The translations under genes and the position numbers were made by a program. DNA of 64,000 bases from the NCBI RefSeq assembly GCF_009914755.1, contig NC_060928.1; one strand, written 5' to 3'. The stretch is from the human T2T-CHM13v2.0 reference genome, Homo sapiens. Shown piece by piece: positions 15,490 through 30,050 of the stretch (position 1 is the stretch's first letter; each line of letters opens with the position of its first letter). The notes below the pieces were generated by a model. It saw only the letters and a program-made list of their open reading frames with translations. It made no database searches and had not been told where the DNA came from.

Positions 15490-17800
15490 CCTCACTCTCT
15501 CCAATATGCCCTTGTAGATGCTGTCATGGAATTTCTGCCAACTGAACATGCTCTCAGTGCCTTGACTTCTTTTTCTTCAATTATATAATTAATTTCCATC
15601 ATTTCTTCAGCCAACTTCTTTCTTCCCATTGCTTAGATCCTAGAACTTATCATTACCAATGACTGCACTGATATTAACTTGATAATCTCAACTTCAAGCT
15701 TCCCACTTTCTGACCATAACCACTGATTTTTCCCGTTAGGTTGGTGCAAAAGTAAGGGCAAAACAAACAAACAAACAAAAAACCAAACAAACAAGAAAAT
15801 TACTTTTGCACCAACCTAATAGTTTATTCCCACTAACATCCCAATTCCTAAAATATTTCTGGTCCTTTGGGACTGAAAATTAGTTAATCTGATGCCACCA
15901 CCTTTTCACTGTCCCGCACTCACCTCGCGTCCTTACCCTGTGTAGATTCTACAGTCCATCAGTATAAATTCCCTTGCATACACTTTCAACTCTCTTGCCC
16001 TTCTCTCCTTTCATTGTATTTTCTTGAAAAGGACCCAGTCCTGGCTTAATTCAATTCCCCACACATGATGTTTGCACATGCCTGCAGCTTAATATGGCAG
16101 GAGAAAATACACATCCAAACCAGGCGGTCCTGATTTAAACTCGTTATCACTCACCTCCGGTGAGACTTTTGTGCTATTCAGCAATCCCACTACATCTTCC
16201 TAGTCTATTTACTGCCCCATTCTCCTTGTTTAGTTCCTCTCCCACCCTCCTAAATGACTATTTTGTATCTTTTCCTACAATATCTCCTTTTCCACCCTCA
16301 TTTCAAGTTCATGCCCTTACCTCCAAATTCACTAAGAAAATTAAAGCAACCTGAAAATGCCCCTCCTCATTCCCATCACCACATTCACTTGCATCTGTTA
16401 GTGCACCCTGCGTGCTACAGTACACACATGTTCCATCCCCTGAGCTAAGACAATCCCTCTACTTATAGTCTTAGTTTCTTCCCCTTCCTTGAAAGTTTTA
16501 GTAATTGTACTTTGTCCCTTCTTTCCCTGTCTTTTATCAGTTTTTTCCTCCTCTCTTGGATCATTCTCACCAGCAAGTAAATGTGCTATATTATCTTCCA
16601 TTGGAAAAATGAAAATCTTTTCCTTATATCATATCTCGACTCCCCTTCAGGACAAAATTTAAAGGACTGACTGCATTCACTGTCTCTAAGACCACTCCTC
16701 CACTTCCCTTTGAACTCACTTCAGTCATGTTTTCACTCTCACAGGTTGAGCTAGTCAAAAATCACTGATGACCTCCATGTTGCTAAGTCTCAGTCCTTAT
16801 CTTACTTAATCAGTCAGCAGTTGATCATTCCCTTCTACTTGAGACAGTCTCTTGGCTTGCTTTCTACCTTCCTGACTACTCCTTCTCAATCTCCTTTGTG
16901 GATTCTTCCTCTGTTCCTTAATCTTTAATATATGGGCATGCCTCTGATCTCAATCCTCAGACCTCTTTTTTTTCTATGTTCACTAATTCCTCTGCCACCT
17001 CACTTGTTTTGTCAATATTTATAGGCTGATGACTTCAAAGCTTATATATCTAGCCAACACCCCTCCCCTTAGCCCCAGACTCCCATATCCAGCTACTACC
17101 TGTTTGGGATCTCCAAGCAGAGGTCTAATAGGTATTTCAAACTGCAATGTTCAAAACAGCTTCTGCTCTTCAGAGACGTCTCTATTTCAGCAATTCCTTC
17201 CTTCCATTTGTTCAGGATAAAAACATCAGTGTCATATTTAATTAACTCCTCTCTTCCTTTATCCTATATCATCATCATATGCTTTATAATCACTGGCATG
17301 TCCTGTTGGTTTCACATTTAAAAAAAAGCAGAAGCGGAACACTTTTCAACACTTTCAACATCACTAACTGGAACCCCACTAGCTGGGTACAAGCCCATTA
17401 TCACTTGCTTGACTTCCTGCAATCACCTCCTAGCTGGTCTCCCTCCTGCTGCCTTAGCCCACCAGTTTATTCTCAACACAGCAGCCAGTCTGATGCTTTA
17501 AACATATGATTTAGATCATGACACTTCTCTGCTCAAAACCCTTCATTGGCTCCCTAGCTTATTTAGGATAAAAGCCAGATCCTTATAAAAAACCTCCAAA
17601 GCCTGATATAATCGGCCACAGACTACTTCTTGCAATCCACATCTCACCTCTCTCCCCCTCACAAACCCTGGTCCAGCTTACCCAGACCATCTGTTCTTCC
17701 ACAATGCCAGGCTTGCTTCTGCCCCACCCCAGGCTCTTTGCACTGGACATCCATGATCTGGAGTGCTCTTCCCTCAGCAGCCCATTCCTTCACTTCCTGA
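15490..17800 (+). mobile_element. LINE-2 (L2a-like) remnant
   Basis: Pyrimidine-rich with L2 motifs: tctgaccataacc (SDH), atgacctccatgttgctaa, tctcaacacagcagccag, gctcaaaacccttcattggctcc. Confidence 0.75.
15736..15819. mobile_element. MADE1 (Hsmar1 MITE) with centre replaced by (CAAA)n
   Basis: Perfect 20-bp inverted termini ttaggttggtgcaaaagtaa / ttacttttgcaccaacctaa; TA on the right flank. Confidence 0.92.
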
Positions 17801-17829
17801 GGTATATTCTTATACTTCAAGTAACGAAA

Positions 17830-19100
17830 CAAAAGAGCAGTGCCTTTAAAAATTTAAAAATTTGCTGGAAAATATTTCTAATCTATAATTCTCTTCATAT
17901 CTAGATTATCAATCAAGTTTGAAGGTAGAAATTGCATTTTACAGCATGCAAGGTCTCCACAAATTTTCCTTCAATTTCTTTTTCCGGAAGCTCCTGGAGG
18001 ATGTGCTCCACCAACATGACATAATAACCCAAGAAAGAGGAAACAGGGCATCCAACACGGAAGAGAGGCAAGGGGAATTCCCAGGGTGATGGTGACAGGA
18101 AGTCCTGGGGCCATAGCTGTGCATCCAACCTAGCAAGAGGACAGCAGGTGCAGGAGGAAGGTAGTCAAGGGTAAAGAATGACACTGAGAGATTGCCTGAT
18201 GCATTTGGTCATGTGAAGGAGACCGATACAGTTTTGTAGAGCTTGGAGCTGATACATGAGAGTCACATAGAAAAGCAGTGGGGTGGTTTTCTGTAGGAAA
18301 CAAAACAATTAGACAAGAAAAGATAAAACATGATCACATACCCCAACTGTTAACAATATTTTCATGGTCATAAGAATGACTTCAACCAAAATTGTGTAGT
18401 AACCCTATTGGGACCATGTAAGGAGTACAGATGCTCCTTGATTTATGATAGGGTTACGTCCCAATAAAACCATCGTTAAGCAGAAAATATTGTAAGTCAA
18501 AAATGCATTTAATACACTAACCTACCAGGCGTCATAGCTTATTGTAGCCTGACCTGCCTTAAATGTGCTCAGAACACCTACATTAGCCTACAGTTGGGAA
18601 AATTACCTAACACAAAGCTTATTTTATAATAAAGTGGTGAATTTCTCATGTAATCTATTGAATACTGTACTGAATGTGAAAAACAGAATGATCATATAGG
18701 TACTCGAAGTGTGGTTTCTACTGAAATGTGTATTGCTTTCACACCATCATAAAGCAGAACAATTTAAAGTCAAACCATCATAAGTTGGGAACCATCTGTA
18801 TAGTGTGCAAGGGGGATGGAGTAGAAAGAAAGCTGGAGACTCAACTTCCAGATTAGAAAGCTAATACATTATGTCTAAAAGCTTAAAGATAGAGGCATAG
18901 CAATGTAATAATGTTATTTAAGAATATGAAGGTAAATATAGAAGTGATGGCTGAAAGATTTGAAAATGTTTCCTCTGGGAGCAGAAATCAGGATAGAGAG
19001 GGGATGCTTTTTTCTCTTTTAAATTAAAGACTTATAATGATTGACTTTTGTAAACTAAGTACATGAATTTCTTTGCTAAAATTAAAATAAAATCAGAAAT
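17830..19100 (+). mobile_element. HAL1 3' portion (interrupted by MER47A)
   Basis: ggaagctcctggaggatgtgctccaccaa ... caagaaagagg ... gggaattcccagggtgatggtga matches the recalled HAL1 sequence. Confidence 0.7.
18428..18798 (+). mobile_element. MER47A (TcMar-Tigger non-autonomous)
   Basis: cagatgctccttgatttatgat ... atcataagttgggaaccatctg TIRs with TA duplication on both sides; about 370 bp. Confidence 0.85.
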
Positions 19101-19265
19101 AAATAGAAAGAATAGTTCTCCAAACTACAATAAAAAAGAAAGTCATGAATCATACTTAATTTAACTGATATGTAAGTGGTATAAATTGCTCATACAGAAA
19201 AAACAAAAAAATTATTTTCAATTTGTTCTAACCCTGTGAACATCTTCTAACGTGTTCTACCTATA

Positions 19266-19411
19266 TTTCTCTTTCCTTTTCTCTTTCCTTCCTTCCTCCT
19301 TCTTCCTTCCTTTCTTGGCTTTTCTTTTCTTCTTTCTCTTTCTCTCTCCTTTGTTTCTTTCTTTCTTTTTCTCTCTTTCTTTCTCTTTCTTCCTTTCTTT
19401 TTCTTTCTTTC

Positions 19412-19467
<56 letters not shown>

Positions 19468-19497
19468 TTTCCTTCTTTCTTTCTTTCTTCTTTTTTT
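19266..19497. repeat. (CTTT)n-type polypyrimidine microsatellite (expanded Alu tail)
   Basis: About 230 bp almost purely C/T, abutting a minus-strand Alu. Confidence 0.95.
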
Positions 19498-19794
19498 GAG
19501 ACACGGTCTAACTCTGTCACCTAGGCTGGGGCTCAGTGGCATCATTATAGCTCACTGCAGCCTTGACCTCCTAGACTTAAGTGATCCTTCTCCCTCAGCT
19601 TTCTGGGTATCTGGGACCACAGGTGTGCACTACCACACCCAGATAATTTATTTATTTATTTATTTATTTATTTTGGTAGAAACAGGATCATCCTATGTTG
19701 CCCAGGCAGGTCTCAAACGCCTAGGCTCAAGCAATCAGTCCTCTTCAGCCTCCCAAAGTGGTGGGATTACAGATGTGAGGCAACGTGCCCAGCC
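19490..19794 (-). mobile_element. AluJ element
   Basis: gagacacggtct ... gctcactgcagccttgacctcc ... ggattacagatgtgaggcaacgtgcccagcc. Confidence 0.92.
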
Positions 19795-19862
19795 TCTCCT
19801 TTCTTCTAGGAAGTATATCCCCTTTGTTTTACAGATTTGCTCCTTTTGCATTTGTGTTTAAC

Positions 19863-20235
19863 TGTGGTAGCATCCCATCTCCTATACATAGGGGTTGGCA
19901 TATGATTCCATCAAGCCAGTCTGAGTCCTGTCTTGAAAGTTTTTGAATTGAATAGAGGAATGGAGCTTTGTGAAAGCAACCCCAGAGCTGTCAGCAGGTA
20001 TGTCTTCTGTGTGAAAAATCCTGTCTGCAGTAGATAGTAGGCAACAATGACTCAGGCACAGAAATCTGGGGAAGAAATAAAGAACGAACTTGAGAGTGGG
20101 AGAGAAATCTAGAACTGACAGCATTCAGGTTTCTGGTTCTGGTTGTCCCCAGCTACTTCCTTGCATATCTAGCTCACGAGCCAAGAAGCCCTCCTTTTCT
20201 GCTCATGCTGTTTCAGGTTGCATTTATAGCAACTT
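19863..20235 (+). mobile_element. Old MaLR/ERVL LTR fragment (MLT1J-L/LTR33-like)
   Basis: tgtggtag start; ctgctcatgctgtttcaggttgcatttatagcaact resembles an old MLT1 3' end. Confidence 0.4.
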
Positions 20236-20540
20236 CTAAAAGCACAATGTACATGTGTGTCAAAGGCAGCACTACAACACACCTTTATTGTTCCCCTACT
20301 AAGTGTGGGGCATTAAGTGCTTGACACTGGGTCCATCCTCAAAGAATTTGAGAAATCAGGACACAAAGACAAATGGAATCCTGAGGAGCCTCAAGTGCAA
20401 GAGGAGCCATGTAAATAATGAGTGCATTCAGAGGGAGGAACAGTAATGGAGGAGTAGGGAACCAGATTAGAAAAGGAGGTGGCCTTGGAAGGGAGAGGAG
20501 AGAAACGGGAAGTGTATTCTAGGCAGGGAGACAATGAGAG

Positions 20541-21005
<465 letters not shown>

Positions 21006-22379
21006 GGGTAGTGGTCCTTGGGTGAAAGACTGATGCTGTAAGCAAAGGCAGGGCAGAGGAAACATGTGATTGTGTTTCTAAAAAGAAGACTGGGAGCAGA
21101 CGGTTGTATTGAAGAATAGTAGAAAAGTTTGGAGAGTTAGATGGGGGCTTTGAGCCCTGTTAACAGGTTATTCAAGAGACATGTGTGCAGAGAAATATTT
21201 TAGGAAGATATATTTGGTAGCTGGGTGAAGGATGAGTCAGACATGGAAAAGACTAGAATACTGTTTTATTTAAAGACATGATTTTAAGGGTTTGGTACTT
21301 TTGTGGTTTTTTTAAACTGTAAAATGGGGTCAAAGTTATTCTCATGTGAAACTGTAAGGTTTTCCTCCTTTAAGTCTGAAGCAGAACTGATCTTTCTGTT
21401 AACCTCCTGACAGAGCAATATTGGAACAACAGGGGACTCAGTGGGGAGATGGAGGGGAAGGCTTTCACTGTGCAACACTTGGAGTAGAGTCTAACCACAT
21501 TCTTGCTGGACATTGCTATACTCTCCCCCAAAAGTCTCTCTTTGATCTCCATCCACTGAATCTCCTTCCCTCTCAACTCTGTCCCCCACCATCACTACCT
21601 ATTTAATCCTCCCCACCAGTGGAGTTGCAGCAGCCATGGAGCTGAGCTATCTAAATGCCCCTTCCAAAGTAAATCTTCCATGAGTTCAGTCAGCCTTCAG
21701 TCTCCAGCTGTAGTACCTTTGGGATTTGCCATAGGGTGCACACCGAGGTCATGCTCCCCATGGGCTGTTCCCAGTCAATAACTGAGCAGGCAGGGGTACT
21801 AGAGCTCATCATTTTTGCCCAACGTGGGACTCTTCTAATGGCCAATATTTACTCTGAGGTTCCCCATTGTACTGGCTGATTTTCTCAGACTGCACTTCAG
21901 TTGGAGCCTCTTCTTATCCAACCCTTCTTCCTTCCTCATTTCCTTTCACAGATGTCAGAGCCTACTTCTGCTCCCTCATCCCTTTACCTTTCACAGCTGT
22001 TTTGTCCAATAAATCTTTTGCCCTTCTAATTCCATCTTGGCATCAGCTTCCCAGACAACCGAACTGGAACCAGGATTAATCCAAGAAGGCAGGTAGTCAA
22101 AGAGGTTTGGGGACTGGATCACTCACTTTCTGGCTAGTAAGGTAGATCTCCTCTGGAATGGAATGTGGGGCATGGATAATCTTTGGCACAAGATGGTGGC
22201 CTAATTGCTAAAACTTTCATTGGTGGTGATTCGGGACATCAGGCCTTCAAAAATTATGAGGGGAACAGTGTGTACAAGGACAATGGACTTGATGGGATTT
22301 TACTAATTTGTTTTATGCCCTGCAAAGGGATTATGACAAATGAACACTAAAAACTATGTGTGAAAAACCAAAAGCCATT

Positions 22380-23235
22380 TTAAAAAATGGGAAGACCTGA
22401 CAGATGCCAAATATTGGGAGGAGGCTTCAATAGCTCCCAAACAAGAGATATGGATGGCAAATAGGCGCATGGAAAGATGCTCAATATCATGAATTATTAG
22501 AAAAATGCAAAATCGAATAAAATATCACCATATATGTATTATAGTTTTGATGGCAAAAATTAAAACTACAGATAGCACAAAGTCCTGACGAAGATGTGTA
22601 ACAAATGTAACTCTCATAGATCACTGGTGGGAATGCAAAATGGTACAGCTATTTTGTCAGTTTGGCAGTGTTTTTAAATTATCTGAAACATACACATTAT
22701 CATGTAACCCAACAATCCCATTCCTGGCTATTTACTCAGGATAAATGAAAGCATAACTTCACACAAAGACCTGAATGTGAAAGTTTATACAAGTTTTATT
22801 CATAATTACCCAAACCTGGAACAACCCAAATGTCCACCTAATGAGGAATGGATAAACAAATTGTGATGCATCTATACTATTAAAAACAAAAGGGAATGAA
22901 CTACTGATGCATGCAGCAACATGAATGACTCTCAAATGTGTTAAAATGAAAAGAGGCAGGTGCAAAAGACCTCATGAATGATTCCATTTATGTGATACTT
23001 TTAAAAAGTCACAGAGACAGAAATCAGAACCATGGTTGCCAGGGGCTGGGGTTGGCAAGAAGATTAATTAAAAAGGAGCATCATGAAGGAATTTTTTGGG
23101 GTGATGCTTATGTTCCTTATCTCAACTGTGGTGGTTGTTACACTAATATATACATTTTTCAAAAACTGATCAAACTATACATCTAAATTTTACTATATGT
23201 AGATTTTATCTTAATAAACCTGTGTTTAAAAAATA
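22380..23235 (+). mobile_element. Old L1M (MB/MC/MD-type) 3' end inserted in ERVL
   Basis: ggtgggaatgcaaaatggtacagc, acaacccaaatgtcc, gattccatttatgtga, ending ttaataaa. Confidence 0.8.
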
Positions 23236-25658
23236 AGTATGAAAGACAAAGGTCCTTCTTCATAGCTTTCAAAGCATCCCTTGTCTTCAGAAGTGCAAAG
23301 TGGGCATAGCTGAGGTATGAAGTCAACATTTAATAGAGTTGCAGAACTACAAAGACAATGAATGATCAGCCAAGGCAGGTCTGCTATGCTAAGGTCAGGG
23401 CCCTAGCTGAGAAAAGCAGGGACCCTGAAACATGGAATACAGACATCTGGGTGAAGAACCCCTGAAGACAGTGACCCTGCAAACTCCCAAGCCATTAGAG
23501 GCTACAGAAGTGTCCCATCTCCCACAAGTTTAGAGCTTTGCCCAGAAAGGAGGACACTGCAGAGGCCTATTTTCTTCAACACAACAAGAGTCTCCTTGGT
23601 TTACTACCTCTTCTCTTAGTGCCAGATGGATAAACATGGTTAAACCCCAGCACCCCACTTCTGAGGACATGCTGTGCCTGATAAGGGAAGAGAAAGATTA
23701 CATCCCAAAAAGGCTGGAAGAATTAGCCACCACGGACTGGCAGAAGCCAAGGGAAGTACTCCCGGGATTTGATGTTGAGGGTGTTTGATCAAAGAGGCCA
23801 GGATATAAGACTGGAAAAGCAAGACGTTTTAGTCTCGGGACACTGTGGAACATTGGATTTAACACTCTGTCGAGGATCTTAGGAGATAGGCAAATTTACG
23901 GCTGGGTGGTTCTCAGAAACATGAAGAAAGTGATGACCCTGCCAGAAAGAATTTTCCAAGGAAGAGGCACTGAATAAGCAAGTAGACAAAAATGACTTGG
24001 ACAGCCAATATTATCCAGGCTTTGTCATTGGCTACCCCAGAATTAGCATGACCTGCACATGAATGAAGCTGCCATGGAAGCAGAGATGGGTCCAACAGCA
24101 TGAACTCCCATGATCTAGCTATGGCTGCCTCCAAATGTCCAATCTTCCAACAATAGATACCAATACTGATCCTGCAATATGGCGCTATCTCTTGAGGAAA
24201 CCAAATTGTCATTTGGTGACAAGTTGACTACATTAGGTCCCTTTTATCATGGGAGGGCCAGTGATTAATTCTCATTAGAATAGGTAGCTATACTGGTAAA
24301 AGTTTGCATTTCTTGCCTTCGGAGGCTCAGCCTGCTAAGCTTCCTATCTGAGAGTTTATGGAACGTCTGTTCCACAGGCATGGAATCCCACATAACATAA
24401 CATCTAACAGGATACCTACTTCACACTAAAGGAAACCCTTGACCATGGGGCCAACTTGTTCTACCACAAGCCACATCATCCAGAAGCAGCCAGCCTCAAA
24501 GAGCACTGGAATAACCTTCTAATGGCCCAACTTCAGCACCAGCACAGACACAATACTCTGTAAGAGTGGGTATCATTCTCCAGGATGCAGTTTATGCACT
24601 GAACCAGAGACTTGTGGAGGTCTGTCCTCAGGTATGGAGCTGTGTCGCCATTGAGAAGTATGCATGGACCCAGGAACCACGGGGCACGAATACCTTCTTT
24701 TCTACCATCTTCTCATCCATTCCAATGACTCACAGGGGTCATTTCACTTCATGGCTGCACAACTGTGGGGGCTGTGGGGTTAGAGCTCCTGGTCCTCAAA
24801 GTGGGTGCACTCTAGCCAGGCAGAAAAGCCAGAGTTCCATTAAACACAAAATTAAGGCAGCCTTCCAGGGCACCTTGGGCTCTTTGTGTCCAGAGACCAG
24901 CAAGTTAGAAATGACCATCCTGGCAGGAGTAATCGATCTCGATCAGCAAGAGGAGGTAAGAACATTTTTATATAATGGACAGAGTCATTGCGTACATATA
25001 GAGCTCAGGTAACCTACTTGGGTGCCTCTTAGTAGTCCCATGCCCACTTGCAGTGTGAAGGGACCCCCTTGTATAGCAACTTTGGCCAGAGATTACTAGG
25101 GCTCAGCCCCTGCAGTAATGTGATCTGGAACACATCACCAAGTAAGCCTCCAAGACTTGCAGAGGTAATAGCCAAGGGTAAAGGGTAGTTGGAATAAACA
25201 GTGGAGAAGAGAGAAAATGTGTGCCGCTTGCAACTCCAAAACTAATCGCAGTGATGGGGGCTGAGGTTCATCTGACCTCCCTCTTCTGAGCTTATCCTCA
25301 GGGAGCAAAGCTCACAGTAACTGTGGAGGAGCAGCCCCCGATCATGCATGGAGAGGTAGCTCACACAGAGTGAACTGCAGTGGTCCTGGATTTGTGCCAT
25401 TCAGAACTCCCTTCAAGAGAAAGCCTGTTGCGAGGAGTGTGGTTAGCTTACAGCCTCCAGCTGCAGAACCTTCTGGACCCTGTGCAACATGCACACATAC
25501 TCATAAACACTGAAACCATGTTCTCTTAAAAGATTGAGCATGGTGGGGATACTAGAGCCTGGCCATTCCTGCCCAACGCAGGACTCCTCTCACAGGAACT
25601 CCTTGCTCTGTAGTTTCTTCTTGAGTAGGCTGACTTTCCGAGAGCTGTACCACAGTGA

Positions 25659-26363
<705 letters not shown>

Positions 26364-27129
26364 TGTGTGTTATTAGTGCTATCTTGACCTCTGCTTCCTA
26401 GAGGGAGAAGCACCCAGAGGGACAATTACCCTTTCTTATGCCTGATCCTAATGGGAGCACAGCTTCTGTGCAAGCAGCCACACAAAGAAACTGACTTCTC
26501 TCCTGCAGTGATGGTTCTGATTACGCTACTAAAATTCAAGGCAAAATTTAATATTCCTTCACATTTTTAATGCCCAGAACACTTAAATTATTAAAACTGG
26601 GGGGAAAAGTCAACTTACAGAAATATAATTATTTATATTTTAGCAAATTACTGTTCCACAAAGTGAGTGCATACACAGTGCATCTGCTCAAGAACATTCC
26701 AAGAGATCCCCAGTCAGGTTTTAATCTATTTCTTCAGGTCTCCTCAAGTTTTGCTATTTCCAAAACTCCTTATTCTAAAACTTACAAGTCAATTTTTCAG
26801 CCCTATAACATGTTAAGAAAATTTCACATTTTCATGGACTGAAAAGGAAAGTACCGTTATATAAAAGATGAATAAGCTGACAGTTTTGGAGGGGCTGGCA
26901 TCATTATATTTAAATGGTTTCAAGTGTTTTAATTTCATCCACCATCAGATTTTATGCAAATAGAAAGTAAGGTCTGTGCCTTTTCGTGTATCCTTCTGGG
27001 CCCCAGGAATTCTGTCTGTGCTTAACAAGTTCTCAGTAAATAACTAGTTTATTTAATCTCTCCCCATCCTCTCCTTTCTTCGACCACCACTCGAGGATAA
27101 TGGTCATTATACTCCCTTAAGACCAACTC

Positions 27130-29290
27130 ATTTCTTCCTTTGTTTTTATTTTCTCAATATATCTAAATATTTTAAATGATTATTTTTAATTACATCAACA
27201 AGTCTGCTTATCTTACAAAGTGATATAGATCCAAATATACATAAAAACAACATTAATAACCTTCTTCCAGTCCCTTCCATCCTCACCCCGTAACTAAGCA
27301 ATGGTAACAGCTTGATGTACCTTGGTCCATATCTTTTCTTATGCTCATATGGACTTGTAAAAATTGGCATATTCATGTGTAGTGTATTTTTTGATTGATA
27401 AAAAAAATCACAGTTAAGCAATGTGTTTTTTTCATCTCTCTGTCTCAGTAAGTGAGGCTCTGGCTCAATTTTTTTAAAACAACATCACAGTCCAAGTTAT
27501 TGGTAAAACCACAGTTTATTCAGCTTGCTTATTCCTGAGGTCTAATGACATTAAGTGTATTTTCATAATATTATAAAACAAATATTTACTTCTCTCTTGT
27601 GCATTGCTGTTCCTATTCTTTATTCCTATATTTAAATTTCTAAACCAGCAGAACCTTACTTTTATGGATAACATGAGATAGTGGATTTAGTTTTGTTTTC
27701 TTCTAGATTGATGTCCAGTTTATATTTAAAAAATAAATCAATCTTTTCCTACTGAATTGAAATAGCACCCTTTCCATATTTCAAATTCTTATATATAATT
27801 GCATTTATTTTGGGATCAATTTCTGATCCACTGATACATTTTTTATTCATCTCTTAATGTTGTTTTGATTACAGTGACTTTATAATATGGGTGAATATTT
27901 GGTAGGACAATTCTTCCTTTTCTGTCTTTTATTTTCATAATTTTCTTGCCTATTCTTGGATGCTGATTTATTTTTTCATTTAAACTTTACATTCATTTCA
28001 TGTAGTTTTGTAAAATGACTTGCTATGGTTTGAATGTTTGTGACCTCTCCAAATTCATATGTTGGAATCCTAACCCCCAAAGTGATAGTATTAAAAGATA
28101 GAGCCTTTGGGAGGTAATTAGGTTGCAAAGGCAGAGCTCCCAAAAAGGATTCGTGCTCTTATAAAAGAGGTCCAAGGGAGCTTGTTTGTCCCTTCCCCCA
28201 CTGAGGACACAGCAAGAAGGCGCCGTAGATAAACCATGAAATGGGCTCTCACCAGACACTGGTCTGTCTGTGCCTTGATCTTGGACTTCCCAGCCTTCAG
28301 AACTATGAAAAATCAATTTATGTTGTTTAGTAGCTATCCAGTCTGTAGTATTTTGTTATAGCAGCCCAAAGGGACCAAGACACAATTCAATGTGATTCTA
28401 ACAGGAATTGCATCACAGTTATATATTAATTTTTCTAAGGATTAACATTAACACTATCCTTTCTGGAGTACTGGCAAGTCTCTCCTCTTGTTTAGATCTT
28501 GTTTTCTGTCTTTAAAAATGACTTTATAGTTTTTTTTATATGGGTCATTTACTTAACTATTAAAAACATTTCTTAGCCATTATTGTTGTTTTTATTATGA
28601 TTTTAAAGAAGATATTTCAAATGTAAAATTGTATTATTAATTTCAAATATACAGATGAGTATAAAACATAATATTCAAGGCAACTTGTACCCTCCTCTCA
28701 TACTTACTAGATTTTAACATTTTGGCATAGTTATAGAATGTGATGACATTCTTTCATCCTCCCCCTTTCTAGAGATGTGACTAGTATCTAGAAGCCAGTG
28801 TGTATGATTCCTGTACATTTGAACATTTTAAAAATATGTTTGCATTCCTAAATAATACATAATGGTTTTACATGTATTTCTAAGTAACATATAATGCTTT
28901 TATGAGTTATTTAAAAAATAAATCTATATCCACGTCTAGTTATTGCTTATATTGAGAAAGACCAATGATTTTCATGTACTGTTTATATCTTGATTTGAGA
29001 TACTTAATTAAGTTATTTTAATTGTAATAGTATTTATCTTATTGAAATCTTAGGCTTTCTCTCTTCTCTATTACACACAAAGATATATAATTTTACCTTT
29101 TTTGTACAATACACGTGCCAATTGTTTTCTTTTAGTTTAATTATCTAAACATTCCAAACAATGTTGAATAATGCTGGTAAAAGCAGCATGGTTTTCTTAT
29201 TCTTGATTTCAATGGAAAAGACTTTAGAAATTCTAATGTAATGCTTCTGTTATTTTTCACAGTCTTGTCATATTTAAGCAAGACTTTTAA
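27130..29290 (-). mobile_element. Highly diverged L1ME-type fragments
   Basis: T-rich with antisense ORF2-like motifs (aggaattgcat, caatgttgaata ... tcttattcttgatttcaatggaaa). Confidence 0.5.
28021..28382 (+). mobile_element. MLT1A0-like solo LTR
   Basis: tgctatggtttgaatgtttgtg ... ccttgatcttggacttcccagcc ... gttatagcagcccaaagggaccaagaca. Confidence 0.88.
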
Positions 29291-29477
29291 CTTTTTTTTT
29301 TAGGATAATATTTATACTTCTCATTCACAATTAGGGTCCACTTTTGGGCCAGACCCCAGCCAGGAGAGACCCTCTATGTGAAAGTCGGGTATTTTGAGCA
29401 TCTTGGCATTGGTCCCATCCTGTTTTACGGGTGGTAACAGGTATTTTGAGTTCACATTATTTGCAGGGCAAAATCTA

Positions 29478-29656
29478 GATGGTTCTCACAATGTGATCCC
29501 TAAATGACAGCATCCGTTATATCCTAGGAATTTTTTTGAAATACAAGTTTTTGGGTCTCATCCCAGACCTACTAAATCAGAAATTCTAAGGCTGGAACAC
29601 AGCAATTTGTGTTATCACAATCCTTCTGGCATACACTGAAGTATCAGAACCACTTC
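29478..29656 (+). mobile_element. MER5A (hAT-Charlie)
   Basis: tggttctcacaatgtg ... cccagacctactaaatcagaaattct ... agaaccact. Confidence 0.78.
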
Positions 29657-29659
29657 TTC

Positions 29660-30050
29660 TTTGCAGTATATACATACAATGGAATAGTATTTAGCTCTTT
29701 AGATAAAGAAGGAAATCCTGACATAAGCCAAAACGTGGATGAACCTGGAGGACAGTATGTTAAGTGAAATAAAGCGGGCGCTGAAGAACAAATACTGAAT
29801 GATTCAACTTAAATAATGTATCAAAAATAGTCAAACTCCTAGAAGTGTAGAGTAGGATGGTGGTTGCCAGGGACTGGGAGGAAGGGGATATGGGAAGTTG
29901 CTGTTCGATGCGTATAAAATTTCACTGTGCGAGATGAGTAAGTTCTAGCTGTACAACATTGTGCCTAGAGTTAACAACACTGTATTGTGCACCTACAAAA
30001 TTGTTGAGGGTAGATCTCATAAGTGTTCTTACCACAATAAAAACAACATA
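29660..30050 (+). mobile_element. 5'-truncated L1MA9-L1MB2-type 3' end
   Basis: atacaatggaata, tggatgaacctggaggac, gggtagatctcat ... accacaataaaaa. Confidence 0.85.

Noticed and set aside
19247-19545. K/E/R-rich and F/L/S-rich ORFs (also 25534-26189 and 61969-62421)
   Set aside because: Translations of stop-free microsatellites and Alu sequence; open in many frames on both strands.
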